Origin: the human T2T-CHM13v2.0 reference genome, Homo sapiens
Direction: 5' to 3' (one strand)
Assembly: GCF_009914755.1 (NCBI RefSeq)
Contig: NC_060936.1
Length of the DNA stretch: 64,000 bases
This document shows positions 61,519-64,000 of the stretch, one piece after another. Numbering within the stretch: position 1 is the stretch's first letter; each line of letters starts with the position of its first letter. The translations under genes and the position numbers were made by a program. The notes beneath the pieces were generated by a model that was not told the DNA's origin, made no database searches, and saw only the letters and a program-made list of their open reading frames with translations.

Positions 61519-63536
61519 CACAGTTATAAGAAATTTTACTTTGCTACATCATGACTTTAGTGTGTCTAGGATTTAGAAGTAAGAGTTACAGAACTTCCTC
61601 AGGATCTGGGTATTTAGAACCATTCATGACAGAAACATATACCTCAGTGTTAAGAGGATTAGGCAGGGGTTCAGTCACAGTCAGTCTCTAAGCTGCACAC
61701 TGAAGTGGAGGGCTCTGGTCTCTTGGAGAGAGAGCGAGCATTGCCAGAATAAGGAGAGGGTCACATGAGGGGGATTTGTGGCAAAGTGTTTGTGGAAGAG
61801 CACAGCAAGAGGGGGTGTTGTCAGGAAAGGCCACTGGTGGTGCTCTGTGTGGTTTCACAAGGGTGGCCTGACCTCTTTTTGGTCACTATACTTTGGGTCT
61901 GGTTTCAGTCTTTCTGAAGTAGAAGCCTCACTCTGTCATGTACCCAGAGTTGATTAGAGCCTAGAAAACTGGTTGAGTGTTGCTCATTGTCATAAAGGAT
62001 TGCTATATGAGCCAGAATGCCACTTCATTAATCAGATAGAAGAACTACCAGGCAGAAGAACACAAACATCACTGTTCAGGCATGCCCTATTCTTGTAGTC
62101 AGGCCACTTGAGAAGTCAGATTATAATTAGAAGGCTGCTTTGGTGAGTACAAAGTCTGAGAAACAGTTATGCAAATCCACAAATCAAAGGTTCCCCTCCC
62201 TTGGACATGGTTCAAGAAGTCTGCCAACCTCTGGTTCTTTTGGCCTTCACTTTCTACATTTTGGGCTAGCCAAGTAAATTATTATAGAATATGTATGAAG
62301 CAATAGGTGAGCTTTGAGTTTATTAAATTACTATGAAATTCCAGTCCTGCCTTTCTCTTTTATGCCTCCTGGAGATTACCCAGGTCACCCTGGTTGGAAT
62401 TTGGGGTATAACTCTACTCCCATTGTCAGAAATTTGTAGACAGTGTCATTTTACTCCCCCAATGCTATCTGTTAGGTACAGAATTTACCTGTTTTAGGCT
62501 CACAAGGCAACCATAGTCCTCAAGTCTTCAAATTATTTGGGAGTGCCCTATTGTCATATATATGAACCCCTTATCAATGATATTTAGAGATCTGCAGGAT
62601 GGAGAGGTAGAAAAGGTATGAACAGGAGATAGCAGTTACTAATCTAAAATGTAGACATAGGTAGGAGTTGCCAAAAGTTCCAAGCGATCTTTACACTGCA
62701 TGAAAGAAACCATTCCCTCAAAGCTTGTCTTGTTCATTTCCTCAATCTGAAGCTGTCACCAACATGAACATTAATTGCTTCATGTGGTATTTTAAGGTGG
62801 CTGAAGTAAAAAGGATATAGATGCCATTTGTAACATCTCAGTGTAGGTTGTGTAGGGCTCTTCTACCTTGGGTTTGTTTAGAGACGGTGGAACAAATTGT
62901 TAACAGTGAATATTCATGAAGAGGAGGAGGGGAGACACTTTGACTTTCAGTTTGTATACTTCCATGTGTTTTGACTTTCCCCTTCAGTAGTTGCATACAA
63001 CTTTTGTAATGTTTTAAAAATCAGTTGAAAAAACTTAAAGGTTGGATAACAATATTGTAATATTTATCATTATTATTGTTGAGCTTTTGCCACTGGAACT
63101 GTTGCTGTTATTAGTATCCATGATATTAGGTAACACTTATTAAGGACCTCTTACATCCTGGATAATATAATAAGCATATTACAAAAATTATCCCTGACTT
63201 TTTACAGCAAGCCGGTAAAGTCAGAATTCTGATTATTCTCATTTCACCAATGCAAAATTGAGACTTAAGGAGGTTAGGTAACTTATCCTAATCTTGAAGA
63301 GGTAAGTGAAGGAGCCACAGTTTGAACTCTAGACTGTTCAACTCCAGAGCTGAAGCACTTTGTTATTATTAATACTTTATATCAAGTTACCCTGTTTCTG
63401 TACTCTCGATTAAAAGGTACCAAAGTTAAATACCAGTAATTGAGTATCTCTGGAAGGGTCAATGAGTAACTATCTCATTGGTTATGATATCTGAACTTTG
63501 AGCTAAGCAATGGAAAGGGTTATTATAGAAAAAGAA

Positions 63537-63655
63537 GGCCAGGTGCTGTGGCTCACTCCTGCAATCCCAGCACTTTAGGAGGCCAATGCTGGGCAGATTG
63601 CTTGAGCCCAGGAGTTTGAGACCAGCCTGGGCAATATAGTGAGACCCCATCTCTA
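63537..63655 (+). mobile_element. FLAM / Alu monomer
   Basis: Left-monomer match. Confidence 0.82.
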
Positions 63656-63937
63656 TTTCTAATTTTTTTAAATTAAGATAATTTTAAAAATATTATCTAA
63701 AATATTATCTTACATTCATATGGCATTGCTTGAAAGGAGATTAAAATATGGTAAAAAATGTGTACTCAAAATGGCATTCAGTTTACTGCTTGCTAAGAAT
63801 TTAATTGGTAAAATGCAAATTGCTAGAAATGTACATTTCAGGTTATAATATAAAAATAATGGAAAAAATCCATTCTTTTTTCACAGCATTGATGTATGAA
63901 TTGAATATAATTCTGTGTTTATATATGTTTCTTTCAG

Positions 63938-64000
63938 GGCTAGTCGTTGGATTTATCCTAACCATTGCAAATTTCAGCTTTTTTACCTCTTTGCTGATGT
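63938..64000 (+). CDS. TMEM19: TMEM19 exon 3, 5' part (truncated by window edge)
   Basis: ctttcag|GGCTAGTCGTTGGA; (G)LVVGFILTIANFSFFTSLLM, in frame. Confidence 0.92.

Overview
Primate (almost certainly human, 12q21.1) euchromatic DNA containing three spliced protein-coding genes, recognised from their translated exons and checked by reading splice sites and reading-frame phase. (1) ZFC3H1 (PAXT/nuclear-exosome adaptor), minus strand: coding exons 1-14 plus the start of exon 15, ATG at 31119, running off the left edge. (2) THAP2, plus strand: complete 3-exon, 228-aa CDS at 32019-44617, head-to-head with ZFC3H1 across a CpG-island promoter. (3) TMEM19, plus strand: exons 1-2 and the start of exon 3. 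The rest is intron or intergenic sequence with about 30 Alus, L1/L2/MIR relics, a full-length Tigger2, several MITEs and two solo LTRs (MER51A-like, THE1B-like). Most notable: ZFC3H1 intron 1 is a U12-type (minor spliceosome) intron; ZFC3H1 intron 6 holds a ~1.45 kb antisense retrocopy that starts at an SNORA17-like H/ACA snoRNA and continues through apparent host intron and terminal exon to a poly(A) signal; a perfect 21-bp inverted repeat lies just upstream of the TMEM19 promoter; and THAP2 and TMEM19 show several uORF and splicing peculiarities. Repeat and snoRNA family names come from memory of consensus sequences, not a database search, and repeat boundaries are approximate unless TSDs are quoted. 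I found no prokaryote-type system (CRISPR, operons).
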